In this document: piece by piece, positions 1-9,327 of the stretch
Layout: each line of letters begins with the position of its first letter
How positions within the stretch are numbered: the first letter of the stretch is position 1
NCBI GenBank assembly: GCA_965214095.1
Contig: OZ243938.1
Coordinates: 2,432,001 to 2,496,000, forward strand
Direction: 5' to 3'
DNA from: Candidatus Poribacteria bacterium
GTDB lineage: Bacteria; Poribacteria; WGA-4E; WGA-3G
Length of the DNA: 64,000 nucleotides
Notes under the pieces: generated by a model
The model's database searches: none
What the model saw: the letters and a program-made list of their open reading frames with translations, nothing else
What the model was told of the DNA's origin: nothing
Made by a program: the position numbers and the translations under genes

Positions 1-1118
1 TTTCCCTCTTCTGCGTCTGTTTCTGCGTCTAATGCCGCATAGAATCCACCTTCAGGTGATGTCATTTCGCGAGCAACAAAACTGAATATTTCCTCAGCCA
101 CACGTTTATACTGGGTTTTTTCAGTCAACTGATATGCTTGCAGATATATTCTTGCCAATTGTGCATTGTCATAAAGCATCTTTTCAAAGTGTGGGACAAG
201 CCACTTCTCATCAACAGAATATCTGTGAAATCCACCACCTATCTGGTCATACATGCCACCGTAAGCCATCATATCCAAAGTATGTGTTATCATCTTCAAT
301 AGCAATTCATTATCTGTGGGAGGGGTTTCTAATCCAGATTGCCTTTCATATTCTCTCAACAAAAACTCCAAATTCGCAGGACTTGGAAACTTCGGTGCAG
401 CGTCAAATCCACCGTTAAGGTGGTCATAAGTCTTCTTCAAGTGTTCCACAGCAGTTGTGATAGCAGAAGGTTTGAGTTCGTTTGCGTTGAGAACAGTAAA
501 CGCTTTGCTTGTTACCGCTTCAATAATCCTTGTAATTTCGTTTGCAGTGTCAATCACCTCATCCTCTCGTGTTATCCAAGCATCCTGCACTGCTTCCAAT
601 ATAGTAGGAAATCCAGGTCTATTCGGCATATCTGTAGGTGGAAAATACGTGCCAGCAAAGAAAGGTTTCAAATCAGGTGTCAGGAAAACAGAGTTGGGCC
701 ATCCACCGCGTTGCATCAATATTTGTGTTGCTGTCATATAGATTTCGTCAAGGTCTGGTCGTTCTTCCCTATCAATTTTGATATTGATAAAGTCCTTGTT
801 CATCTGTTTAGCGATGTCTGGATTGGAAAACACCTCTCGTTCCATCACATGGCACCAGTAGCATGTGGAATAACCAACAGAAAGGAAAATCAGTTTGTTT
901 TCCTTCTTAGCAAGTTCCAACGCTTCATCACCCCATGGATACCATTCCACTGGGTTGTGTGCATGAAGAAGCAGATAGGGACTCGTTTCGTCAATTAGAC
1001 GATTTGTCCACTTCCATGTTCCATCCTGATTTTTGAGTGCACTGTCATCCGCACTCCCTATCAAGGTGATACTGAGTAGAATTAGGCATAGGATTATGTT
1101 CCGTATTATATTCTTCAT
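1..1118 (-). CDS. Thioredoxin-domain protein of the YyaL/SPATA20 (DUF255) family with signal peptide; runs off the window edge
   Basis: Not in the ORF track because it is truncated. Manual translation from ATG 1118: [25 protein letters not shown]...[30 protein letters not shown]...[16 protein letters not shown]...DREERPDLD...[11 protein letters not shown]. The start overlaps the upstream stop (TAATG). Confidence 0.9.
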   Translation of the reverse strand, partial: MKNIIRNIILCLILLSITLIGSADDSALKNQDGTWKWTNRLIDETSPYLLLHAHNPVEWYPWGDEALELAKKENKLIFLSVGYSTCYWCHVMEREVFSNPDIAKQMNKDFINIKIDREERPDLDEIYMTATQILMQRGGWPNSVFLTPDLKPFFAGTYFPPTDMPNRPGFPTILEAVQDAWITREDEVIDTANEITRIIEAVTSKAFTVLNANELKPSAITTAVEHLKKTYDHLNGGFDAAPKFPSPANLEFLLREYERQSGLETPPTDNELLLKMITHTLDMMAYGGMYDQIGGGFHRYSVDEKWLVPHFEKMLYDNAQLARIYLQAYQLTEKTQYKRVAEEIFSFVAREMTSPEGGFYAALDAETDAEEG

Positions 1119-1723
1119 TAGTCGTCCTTTTTCTCGTCAGGAAATGTGACACGCTCATAAATTTCCTGAAGCGGTAATTCACACTGAATAGAAGTAATCG
1201 GTAGAACATCATCAATTTCACGAAAGGAAGTATAACCCCACTCATCCTGTTTTCGGAGATACCGTTCCACATATACCCTATCTTGTGATACAAGGATGTA
1301 TTCTTTTAAAGATCCAAGTTGTTGGTAGTGTGAAAGTTTTTCTCCTCTATCATAAACTTCGGTACTTGGTGAGAGTACCTCTACGATAATGATTGGGTTC
1401 AAGAGTGTGTCAAAAACATCGTCCTCAAAACGAGGTTCATCACATACGACAACTACATCTGGATAGAAATAGGAGGAAGTACTGGGTGTGCCTACACGCA
1501 TTTTGCTCGTATAAGCTTCGCATGCACTGCCTTTTAATCGATTACGAAGTTCACCAGAGATGTTGAATAAAATGAGATTGTGTGCGCGGCTTGCCCCGGA
1601 CATAGCGACAATTTTCCCATTGACGTATTCGCTTCTTACAGTGTCATAGGTAGGGATCGCTTTACGTTCTAAAGTTATATATTCTTCTGGACTTAGGTAT
1701 GTTTGTACTGCACTTATTGCCAT
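1118..1723 (-). CDS. Uma2 (DUF820) family PD-(D/E)XK endonuclease-like protein
   Basis: [48 protein letters not shown] motifs; GGAG RBS. Confidence 0.9.
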   Translation of the reverse strand: MAISAVQTYLSPEEYITLERKAIPTYDTVRSEYVNGKIVAMSGASRAHNLILFNISGELRNRLKGSACEAYTSKMRVGTPSTSSYFYPDVVVVCDEPRFEDDVFDTLLNPIIIVEVLSPSTEVYDRGEKLSHYQQLGSLKEYILVSQDRVYVERYLRKQDEWGYTSFREIDDVLPITSIQCELPLQEIYERVTFPDEKKDD

Positions 1724-1753
1724 GTTTTTCTCCGTTTGTGTATTGATAATTTC

Positions 1754-1782
1754 ATTATAACGCAGGCAAGTAGCAGAGTCAA
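1754..1782 (-). promoter_or_regulatory. sigma70-type promoter for the Uma2-YyaL operon
   Basis: TTGACT (1782-1777), 17 bp, TATAAT (1759-1754) on the minus strand. Confidence 0.65.
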
Positions 1783-1857
1783 GTTGATTAGGAAGTTTAC
1801 AGGTTTATTTCGTTTTAAGAAATTATCAACATTAGGATTTACTGACAATTAATACAC

Positions 1858-2088
1858 AAAGCGGTAGGTTCGGTTTCCTAACCGATCCATAGGCGTCAAT
1901 TTAGTGTAAATTAGGCGTTTTCCCCAGGACGGTAGGTGCGGTTTCCTAACCGCACGGAACCTATGCGAGAACCTCTATAAAGGTATTTGGCACAAAGCCG
2001 GTTCGGTTAGGAAACCGAACCTACCGGTACTTGGAAGGATGCTAAATTGACGCTTATGGTTCGGTTTCCTAACCGATCCTACCGCTTT
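1858..2088. mobile_element. REP-like palindrome interrupted by a 169-bp miniature TIR element (1889-2057) with a 22-bp direct duplication
   Basis: GGTTCGGTTTCCTAACCGATCC at 1867-1888 and 2058-2079; TIRs ATAGGCGTCAATTTAG / CTAAATTGACGCTTAT (15/16); two internal GTAG-footed hairpins in inverted orientation. Confidence 0.75.
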
Positions 2089-2189
2089 AGCATTTAGTAA
2101 GAGTTAAGAAAATCATAAAACTAAATAACCCTAGAAAATTTATCCTCAAATTGAAAGTTATGGGTATAGGATAACCTAACCTCCGATTA

Positions 2190-2750
2190 TTAGGTATCAC
2201 CATTTATACGAACTGTACCATCTAATTCGCTAATTGTAAATGTCTTTCTATAATCATTCACAACGATAGTGTATTCACCCGGTACGCAGAATCCAATAAA
2301 AATGGCTTGCTGCCAATCATATAGATCATCTGTGCAAAAGAAACTCCCATCAGGTATTGGTTCACTCTCTGTCACCTCTATTTTGATAGTATCACCAGAA
2401 ACCCATGTCCACGGAAAATCACCTCTCCAACTTATTAAACCATCCTTAATCTCAATTTCGTTTGAGTTTCTGAACAGACGTGTGTGTTCGTATCCACGAC
2501 ATCCTCCTAAACTACTACGGACTAAAACGGTGACAACATAATACTTGGGGTCAATATCTACAAGATCTTCCTCGGATAATTCTAATTCTTCATATAACAT
2601 ATTGAGTTTATATATTTCTTTGTCAATCTCTGCCGCGTGTATTTGAACGTTTTCAATAGGCATAGGTGAGATTACCACACCTCTGTCACGGTCACAACCA
2701 AAGATGATTACGACGCATGTGAAGAGACAGAAAAACGTCAATGGTTTCAT
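2190..2750 (-). CDS. Hypothetical lipoprotein
   Basis: Hydrophobic N-terminus ending in IIFG-C lipobox; GGAGG RBS. Confidence 0.7.
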   Translation of the reverse strand: MKPLTFFCLFTCVVIIFGCDRDRGVVISPMPIENVQIHAAEIDKEIYKLNMLYEELELSEEDLVDIDPKYYVVTVLVRSSLGGCRGYEHTRLFRNSNEIEIKDGLISWRGDFPWTWVSGDTIKIEVTESEPIPDGSFFCTDDLYDWQQAIFIGFCVPGEYTIVVNDYRKTFTISELDGTVRINGDT

Positions 2751-2852
2751 ATTACCCTCCTTTGTGTAGGTGCTTTGTATATGTATTTTAGTTGAAGTAT
2801 GTCTATAGAATCTTCACATTTGAAATCGAGGACTTTTGATATTACAGTAAGG

Positions 2853-3971
2853 TTATTGCACAAGTGCTTTCTGTGCTATCGCGCGACCTCGGTCCGTCAA
2901 CATCAGCTGGACCGACTCTTGCGAAACATACCGATTGTTTAGCGCGTATTTTACGACGCGTGAGGCAAATGTCGGTTCCCACCGTAGGTGTTCGTGGAGG
3001 TGTGCAATCTCAGATTCCTTTTGTGCTTCGGGAAGTCCTTCGTGATTAAAGAGGTGAATGACCAGCATTGTTTGTGCAAACTCCCACTTTTGACGGATAT
3101 GTCTACGGGCAATTGCAATGAGACCGCGATTTGGGACAATCATAAAAATAAGGACAAAAGCAAGTAATGTAACCGACGCGATCGTCCCCGCAATTGAGAC
3201 ATTGGTAATGTAAGCGAGCCAATAACCAACCATTGCGTTAACACTCCCTATGACAACACTATAGATGAGCATCCGTGTGAGACTATCTGTCATCAGATAA
3301 GCAGTAACGGGTGGACCAGCAATTAGTGCGACAACTAAAATAGAACCGACTGCATCAAACGCTCCCACCGTTGTCATGGAAACTAAAGTCATCAATCCAT
3401 AATGGATCAGTGTTGGTGCGAAACCTAAGGTGGCCGCTAAACTTGCATCAAACGTTGCTAACTTCAATTCCTTATAGAATGTTAGAATAAAGGCAAGATT
3501 CAACACCAACATAACACCCATAACATATAGCGATACGGGACCCAGTTTATATCCGAAAATCTCTAAGTGATTGAGGGTTGCATAGCCAATTTCACCGAGA
3601 AGGACAGCATCTGTATCCAAATGCACATTACTTGCGAACCGCGCAATCAGAATCACACCAATGCTGAACAAAGCTGGAAAAGTTAACCCAATCGCGGCAT
3701 CCTCTTTCACAAGTTTTGTTTTCTGTAGTAATTCAACGAAGACAACGGTTAGCACACCGGTTGCAGCGGCAGCAAAAATTAGCAAAGGTGATGAAACATT
3801 ATGTGTGAGAAAAAAGACGAGGACGATACCCGGAAGAATTGCGTGGCTGATAGCATCGCTCATCAACGTCATGCGACGCAGCACAAGGAATACGCCGGGT
3901 AATGCACACGCAGAAGCAGTGACAATTGCAATCAGTGTGGTAAATATGATGTCATAATATTCTTCAATCAT
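2853..3971 (-). CDS. troD: Mn/Zn/Fe ABC transporter permease (TroD/MntD-like) with C-terminal winged-helix-like extension
   Basis: LRRMTLMSDAISHAILPG ABC-3 permease motif; position in operon. Confidence 0.85.
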   Translation of the reverse strand: MIEEYYDIIFTTLIAIVTASACALPGVFLVLRRMTLMSDAISHAILPGIVLVFFLTHNVSSPLLIFAAAATGVLTVVFVELLQKTKLVKEDAAIGLTFPALFSIGVILIARFASNVHLDTDAVLLGEIGYATLNHLEIFGYKLGPVSLYVMGVMLVLNLAFILTFYKELKLATFDASLAATLGFAPTLIHYGLMTLVSMTTVGAFDAVGSILVVALIAGPPVTAYLMTDSLTRMLIYSVVIGSVNAMVGYWLAYITNVSIAGTIASVTLLAFVLIFMIVPNRGLIAIARRHIRQKWEFAQTMLVIHLFNHEGLPEAQKESEIAHLHEHLRWEPTFASRVVKYALNNRYVSQESVQLMLTDRGRAIAQKALVQ

Positions 3972-3973
3972 TG

Positions 3974-4912
3974 TTAATCCGTTTTCTGTTGTGGATGCTC
4001 AATCAATTTACCTGTCGGTAACTTCAGGTTACGTTTATTTCGACGTTGCCGTATACCATCCCAGATTAATCCGCGTTTCGGCGCGAAAGCGATTGAAATA
4101 CCAACGCAAAATGTCGCGCAGAGGATAATCATCGGTCCCGTAGGTATATGTGTCGCAGCACTGCTGATAATGGTACCACTCACACCTGCCAATGCACCGA
4201 ATCCTGCTGCAAGAATCACCATCAAACTAAGCTTGTTTGTCCATTGTCTTGCAGCTACAGCAGGTGCCACTATCATTGCACTCATAAGAACAGCACCAAC
4301 TGCCTGTAGACCGAGAACGATCGAAATAACAAGCAAGCTTGTTAACAATATATCAAGTGTGCGGGTAGGAAACCCGATGGATGCGGCAAAACCTTCATCA
4401 AAAATAAGCAATTTCAACTCTTTCCATAGGATAAAAACGATAAGAAGTGCTACACCACCGAGGATTCCGATTGTCAGGACATCTCGTTTCAATAGAGTTG
4501 CTGCTTGTCCGAAGATGAACGTATCCAATCCCGCCTGATTAGCATTGCCTGAACGTTGGATAAATGTAAGCAAAACCAAACCGAAACCGAAAAATGTGGA
4601 TAAAACAAGGGCAAGTGCACTATCATATTTGATTCGTGTCAGTCGGACAATACTCAATATTATCAATGTGCCAATCCAACCAGCGATAGCAGCACCAAGT
4701 ATCAAGATTAACGAAGTCTTGCTTCCTGTCAAGATAAATGCAAGTGCAATTCCCGGTAGTGCAGCATGTGAGATCGCATCACCGAGAAGACTTTGCCGTC
4801 TTAAAACAGCATAAGTTCCGAGTGCACCGCTGACTGCACCAAGTAATGCAGCACCAATTGAAACTACTATAAGCGTATAATAATTTTGAAATAGATAGGA
4901 TATAAATTGCAT
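3974..4912 (-). CDS. troC: Mn/Zn/Fe ABC transporter permease (TroC/MntC-like)
   Basis: LRRQSLLGDAISHAALPG motif; multiple TM helices. Confidence 0.88.
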   Translation of the reverse strand: MQFISYLFQNYYTLIVVSIGAALLGAVSGALGTYAVLRRQSLLGDAISHAALPGIALAFILTGSKTSLILILGAAIAGWIGTLIILSIVRLTRIKYDSALALVLSTFFGFGLVLLTFIQRSGNANQAGLDTFIFGQAATLLKRDVLTIGILGGVALLIVFILWKELKLLIFDEGFAASIGFPTRTLDILLTSLLVISIVLGLQAVGAVLMSAMIVAPAVAARQWTNKLSLMVILAAGFGALAGVSGTIISSAATHIPTGPMIILCATFCVGISIAFAPKRGLIWDGIRQRRNKRNLKLPTGKLIEHPQQKTD

Positions 4913-4954
4913 GATAGTTAGGATAGCAGACGTTATAGAGTGTGCTTACATCTT

Positions 4955-5707
4955 TTATCGATTCTTGATGAATGCTATCCGTCCGCCATAAGTCTCACGT
5001 AAGTTGTCTGATGTGAACGTATCTTCAACAGGTCCACTCGCGATTCGACGGATATTCAGTAATGTTACCCAATCGAAGTAATCAGTAACTGTTTGCAGGT
5101 CATGATGCACCACAACCACTGTTTTGCCACTTTCCCGAAGTTCCTGAAGCAAAGTCACGATTGCGCGTTCAGTCGTGGCGTCCACACCTTGAAAAGGTTC
5201 GTCCATCAAGTATATTGTTGCATCTTGAACGAGAGCACGAGCGAGGAAAACGCGCTGCTGCTGTCCACCAGAAAGTTGACTTATCTGTCGGGTTGTATAG
5301 TTCTGCATACCAACTTTTTCAAGGGCTTGCATAGCAAGTTCGCGATCATGTTTCCCAGGCCGCTTTATCCAACCGAGTGCTCCATATCTACCCATCATTA
5401 CAACATCAAGTACATTTGTCGGAAAATCCCAGTCAACACTTCCTCGTTGTGGCACATAACCAACAATTTTCCGTTGCACATCGTAAGGCTTATTATAAAT
5501 CAGAACATTGCCAGCAGCAGGACGCACTAAACCTAAAATTGCCTTAATTAACGTGGTTTTTCCTGCACCATTCGGTCCAACGATAGCTAATAGCACTCCC
5601 GGTGGCACATCAAGGTCTATGTCCCACAAGACAGGTGTCTCTTGATATGCGACAGTGAGGTCAGTTACTTCTATGGCTTTTGCATCCGGTGCTTTCAATT
5701 TATTCAT
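4955..5707 (-). CDS. troB: Metal ABC transporter ATP-binding protein (TroB/MntB)
   Basis: GPNGAGKTT Walker A; [13 protein letters not shown]; LSGGQQQR; MDEPF; VVHHDL. Confidence 0.92.
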   Translation of the reverse strand: MNKLKAPDAKAIEVTDLTVAYQETPVLWDIDLDVPPGVLLAIVGPNGAGKTTLIKAILGLVRPAAGNVLIYNKPYDVQRKIVGYVPQRGSVDWDFPTNVLDVVMMGRYGALGWIKRPGKHDRELAMQALEKVGMQNYTTRQISQLSGGQQQRVFLARALVQDATIYLMDEPFQGVDATTERAIVTLLQELRESGKTVVVVHHDLQTVTDYFDWVTLLNIRRIASGPVEDTFTSDNLRETYGGRIAFIKNR

Positions 5708-6650
5708 CCTCTGAAGGAGTAACTTCTCCGATCAATGCCTTTACAATAGTATCAATATTGTGTTTTACCATACCGATATAAGTGCCTTCAGGTGTTCCCT
5801 CATTTCCCATTGCGTCAGAAAAGAGTTCACCACCAATTTGCACATCAAATCCTTTTGATTTCACTGCGGCTTTCACTGCCTCAAGACTACGTGATGGAAC
5901 AGATGATTCCACAAAAATTGCAGGAATCTGTCGTTCTGCGATAAAGGTGGCTAATTCCCGAACATCGGAGATGGCTGCCTCCGATACAGTGCTAATTCCT
6001 TGCAACCCGCGCACTTCAAACCCATACGCCTGTCCAAAGTAGTTGAAAGCGTCGTGTGCTGTAACGAGAACGCGTTGTTCAGGTGGTACACGTTCTGCTT
6101 GGGTCTTAACGTATTGATGCAGTTCAGTGAGTTTCGTAAGATAACGTTCCGCATTGTCTTGATATGTACCCTCATTATCTATATCTACTTCAATTAGAGT
6201 GTCCCGAACCTTTTCAACCACTTTCATCCATAGGGTTACATCAAACCATAAGTGCGGATCATATTGTCTGTCAAATTCTGGTGGTGATAGAAGATGTGTT
6301 TTATCTATTCCATCTGTTACAGCAACGGATTTGGTATCACCTGACATCTTGGCAAGAACATCTCCTAATTTAGCTTCAAGATGTAATCCATTATAAAAGA
6401 TGATTTGTGCGGAATTCAAACGTTGAATATCCTTAGCAGACGGTTTATAAAGGTGCGGGTCCACACCGGGGCCCATCATCCCGACTACCTCTACATCTTC
6501 ACCACCAACATTTTTGACGACATCGGTAATCATACCTATCGTAGCAACAACGCGAACTTTTCTGTCCGTCAATGTATCTGGAGCTTTTTTATCGCAACCG
6601 AGAATTACAAGTATACAAATTGTGAATATAATAATTGAGAATCTATACAT
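5700..6650 (-). CDS. troA: Metal ABC transporter substrate-binding lipoprotein (TroA/MntA)
   Basis: ILG-C lipobox; [28 protein letters not shown] metal ligands. Start may be 6650 (MYRF) or 6665. Confidence 0.92.
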   Translation of the reverse strand: MYRFSIIIFTICILVILGCDKKAPDTLTDRKVRVVATIGMITDVVKNVGGEDVEVVGMMGPGVDPHLYKPSAKDIQRLNSAQIIFYNGLHLEAKLGDVLAKMSGDTKSVAVTDGIDKTHLLSPPEFDRQYDPHLWFDVTLWMKVVEKVRDTLIEVDIDNEGTYQDNAERYLTKLTELHQYVKTQAERVPPEQRVLVTAHDAFNYFGQAYGFEVRGLQGISTVSEAAISDVRELATFIAERQIPAIFVESSVPSRSLEAVKAAVKSKGFDVQIGGELFSDAMGNEGTPEGTYIGMVKHNIDTIVKALIGEVTPSEDE

Positions 6651-6654
6651 GCTT

Positions 6655-7794
6655 TTAATTTCCAATGTAAAAGTGTCTTAAGATTTCACCTACAAGGTAA
6701 CCGGCACCAGCTACACCGAGACCGACTGCAAACATATCAATACCACTTCGAATTAGCCCCCGTCCCGTGAATAGACTCCGCGCGGCACCAACAGCAAAGT
6801 GGGAAAACATTGCCAACGTAAAAGAAATCCATATCGCTGCAAGACCTGTGGTAAACAGAAAAGGTGCAACAGGAATAAAGGCACCCACAGCAGTAGCAGA
6901 TCCCGTAATCCATCCTTCTTTAAATGGTGTCGTATGTGTTTTTCCAATCTTAAGTTCAGATTGAATCTTTTCTTCTAATGCCCTTTCTGGATCACTCATC
7001 ACTTCTTGTGCAAGGAGGCGTGCATGTTCTTTTGGGACTCCACGGGCAGAATATATGAGTGTAAGTTCATCTTCCTCTAAATCTGGCATATATCGGATTT
7101 CATCTTTTTCTACCTCAATTTCGTGTTCGTACACTTCTTGTTCACTCTTCGCCGCGAGGTAACCCGATGCCCCCATAGAGAGTGAATCTGCTACTGTCCC
7201 GATAATGCCTGATATCAAGACAGTGGATGGACCTTCTGTGGCGGCTATTACACCAGCAAGTAAACCGAAGTTCGCCGTTAAGCCATCGTTAAAACCGTAA
7301 ACTATGTTCCCAAGCGTTCCCCCGGATTCGGTCTTATGCCACGGTTCATCACTTGAACCAGTGAGAACTTGGAGACTTTCTGTATGCAAAGCGGATTCTT
7401 TTGCAAGCACAAGCGCAGTTTCTTTAGCATCTTCAAGAGTGCTATTCTTGTGTAGTGTCAGGTAATCTCTTACTTCACTCGCTTCTTCGTCAAGCATCCG
7501 TGCAAGTGGGAATGCACTCCCAAACTTCCGGGCATACCATGCCCAGAACCTTGCCTTGAATGTCGGACGTTGTTTTTTTGTCTCTACATCATAAGATGAT
7601 AACATCTCCTCCCAACGTTCCACATGACGACTTTCCACAACGGCAAGCTCAAGTAATATATCTTTCCGATCAGGGTCTGGTTCAAGATCTGCGAATTCAC
7701 TGTAGAGGAAACTCGCATCCACTTCATCTTGTAGATGGTGTTTCCAGGTTTTTATTGTACTGCTGTCCGGTTTAGCTTTATTTTCTTTTTCCAT
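6655..7794 (-). CDS. VIT1/CCC1 family metal transporter with N-terminal ferritin-like (rubrerythrin) domain (MbfA-like architecture)
   Basis: N-terminal DE..ESRH..EE..ESALH di-iron-type motifs; C-terminal VYGFNDGL, SLSMGASGYLAAKSE VIT1 motifs. Confidence 0.85.
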   Translation of the reverse strand: MEKENKAKPDSSTIKTWKHHLQDEVDASFLYSEFADLEPDPDRKDILLELAVVESRHVERWEEMLSSYDVETKKQRPTFKARFWAWYARKFGSAFPLARMLDEEASEVRDYLTLHKNSTLEDAKETALVLAKESALHTESLQVLTGSSDEPWHKTESGGTLGNIVYGFNDGLTANFGLLAGVIAATEGPSTVLISGIIGTVADSLSMGASGYLAAKSEQEVYEHEIEVEKDEIRYMPDLEEDELTLIYSARGVPKEHARLLAQEVMSDPERALEEKIQSELKIGKTHTTPFKEGWITGSATAVGAFIPVAPFLFTTGLAAIWISFTLAMFSHFAVGAARSLFTGRGLIRSGIDMFAVGLGVAGAGYLVGEILRHFYIGN

Positions 7795-7835
7795 TTGTTC
7801 CCCTCATCGGTAATATGCGCGCCTTCAAAGCGCGC

Positions 7836-8507
7836 TTATACATTATCTGTTTCTTCTACATTATTTACGAATATATGCTTTGCAACCTCACGTCCAATTA
7901 CCGCTTGCTGGCCTGCAATATCAATAGTGAAAGGACCTTCAAATGGCGCAACTTCAATTACTCGGAACGCTGTACCGGGATAAAGATTGAAACTGCCAAG
8001 ATGACGAAGCAACGCAGAATCATCATCACTCACTTCCGCAACTACGCAAGATTGACCATTATTTAAGTCGGTCATCGGGACAGAAGGTGTTTTCAGGACA
8101 ACGCCGTTTTTATCAGGTATAGGGGAACCGTGTGGGTCTTCGGTTGGATATCCGAGAAACGCATCCATCCGATCTTCTACATCTTCTGAAATCACGTGCT
8201 CTAATTTCTCAGCTTCTTCGTGAACACCATCCCACGGTACACCAAGTGCCTTAAAAAGATAAAGCTCCAACAACCTATGATGCCGAATTATTTCAAGCGC
8301 AATTGCTTTGCCAGCATCAGTAAGTGTTACACCTTGATAACGTTCGTGAATCACAAGTTTCATTGTCTTTAGTTTTTTGATCATACCCGTTACAGATGCA
8401 GGTTTAACATCAAGGTATTCTGCCAGAATACCTGTTGAAACTTTACCACCTTTTTCTTGTAACTTGTAGATTGACTTGAGGTAATCCTCAGCCGCCTGTG
8501 TAAGCAT
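7836..8507 (-). CDS. mntR: DtxR/MntR family metal-dependent repressor with C-terminal FeoA domain
   Basis: EDYLKSIYKL, RHHRLLELYL, HEEAEKLEH, DPHGSPIP. Confidence 0.9.
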   Translation of the reverse strand: MLTQAAEDYLKSIYKLQEKGGKVSTGILAEYLDVKPASVTGMIKKLKTMKLVIHERYQGVTLTDAGKAIALEIIRHHRLLELYLFKALGVPWDGVHEEAEKLEHVISEDVEDRMDAFLGYPTEDPHGSPIPDKNGVVLKTPSVPMTDLNNGQSCVVAEVSDDDSALLRHLGSFNLYPGTAFRVIEVAPFEGPFTIDIAGQQAVIGREVAKHIFVNNVEETDNV

Positions 8508-8627
8508 TTGTCTTTCCTATCCGCAAGAAACACATAAAACGTGTAATCCTATCGTGCGGTGAACGGTAGGTCTAACCTACCAATGTTTAGTTGATATATG
8601 CAACAAAAGTTAAATCTATCAAGAAAT

Positions 8628-8674
8628 TAATTTAGGCATGGCTAAATTATATAGAATTGTTGAATTAACGTCAA
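8628..8674 (-). promoter_or_regulatory. sigma70 promoter of the mntR-troABCD operon overlapped by a DtxR/MntR-type operator
   Basis: -35 TTGACG (8674-8669), 17 bp, -10 TATAAT (8651-8646); palindrome TAATTTAG-GCATGG-CTAAATTA (8628-8649) overlaps the -10 and start site. Confidence 0.75.
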
Positions 8675-8723
8675 GAACTTTTTATTTCCATAGACAATCA
8701 TTGTCTTTAGCATCTGTTTAACC

Positions 8724-8752
8724 TTGACATTTAGAGGGTAAACAGATATAAT
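8724..8752 (+). promoter_or_regulatory. Perfect consensus sigma70 promoter, probably leaderless
   Basis: TTGACA (8724-8729), 17 bp, TATAAT (8747-8752); ATG at 8759. Confidence 0.7.
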
Positions 8753-8758
8753 TCCTTT

Positions 8759-9157
8759 ATGGCGCAAGAATGTGTCAATACTGTGTATGCGACAACTGTT
8801 GATCAGCAGGCACGAGGTGATTTACTCTGTGCTATCTCTCTTTTCGGCAGTATTGTCCATGACGTAGAACTATTCAAACGAATTATTTCGGAGGAACTCA
8901 TGCAAGAATCTAAATATTATCAACTTCTACGTGAAGAATTCATTGCTCAAGGTCTTGAACAAGGTCTTGAACAAGGCACAAGAGAAACTACAATTAAAAA
9001 CACCTTAGCATTGCTAAATGAAAAATTTGCTGCCAACGCTGTTAATGACCTTATCCCTGTCCTGCAACGTATTACCGATCTGCAGCAACTTGAACAGTTA
9101 CATCTCGCTGCTGCACAGGTGCAAAGTCTTAATGCCTTCAAACTAATGCTAGACTAA
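8759..9157 (+). CDS. C-terminal portion of an Rpn/YhgA-like (DUF4351-type) protein, lacking the nuclease domain; internal RBS+ATG at 8900
   Basis: ISEELMQESKYYQ..QGLEQGLEQG..LEQL motif typical of Rpn C-termini; GGAGG at 8890-8894. Confidence 0.65.
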   Translation: MAQECVNTVYATTVDQQARGDLLCAISLFGSIVHDVELFKRIISEELMQESKYYQLLREEFIAQGLEQGLEQGTRETTIKNTLALLNEKFAANAVNDLIPVLQRITDLQQLEQLHLAAAQVQSLNAFKLMLD

Positions 9158-9327
9158 TAACATAAATTACTCTCTGTTATCTTGCGCTTTTCTGGTATCG
9201 CTTCAAGTTTTATAGGTTCTGGATATATAAAATCCATGTCACCAAGAGTATTATAGGCGGCATGGAGCAGAACAACATCATACTTACACACATTCAAAAT
9301 ATAAAAAATACATAAGAAGGTTTTCAA

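Noticed and set aside
339-998. 219-aa plus-strand ORF and similar shadow ORFs (e.g. 5093, 48957, 54038)
   Set aside because: Antisense to well-supported genes, with no RBS or recognisable motifs.
1867-2079. Mini CRISPR array (22-bp palindromic direct repeats)
   Set aside because: Only two exact copies; the 169-bp interval has TIRs and inverted REPs; spacing is irregular and there are no cas genes.
8565-8581. GGTAGGTCTAACCTACC as a second DtxR operator
   Set aside because: It could equally be a short GTAG REP remnant; this cannot be decided from sequence alone.
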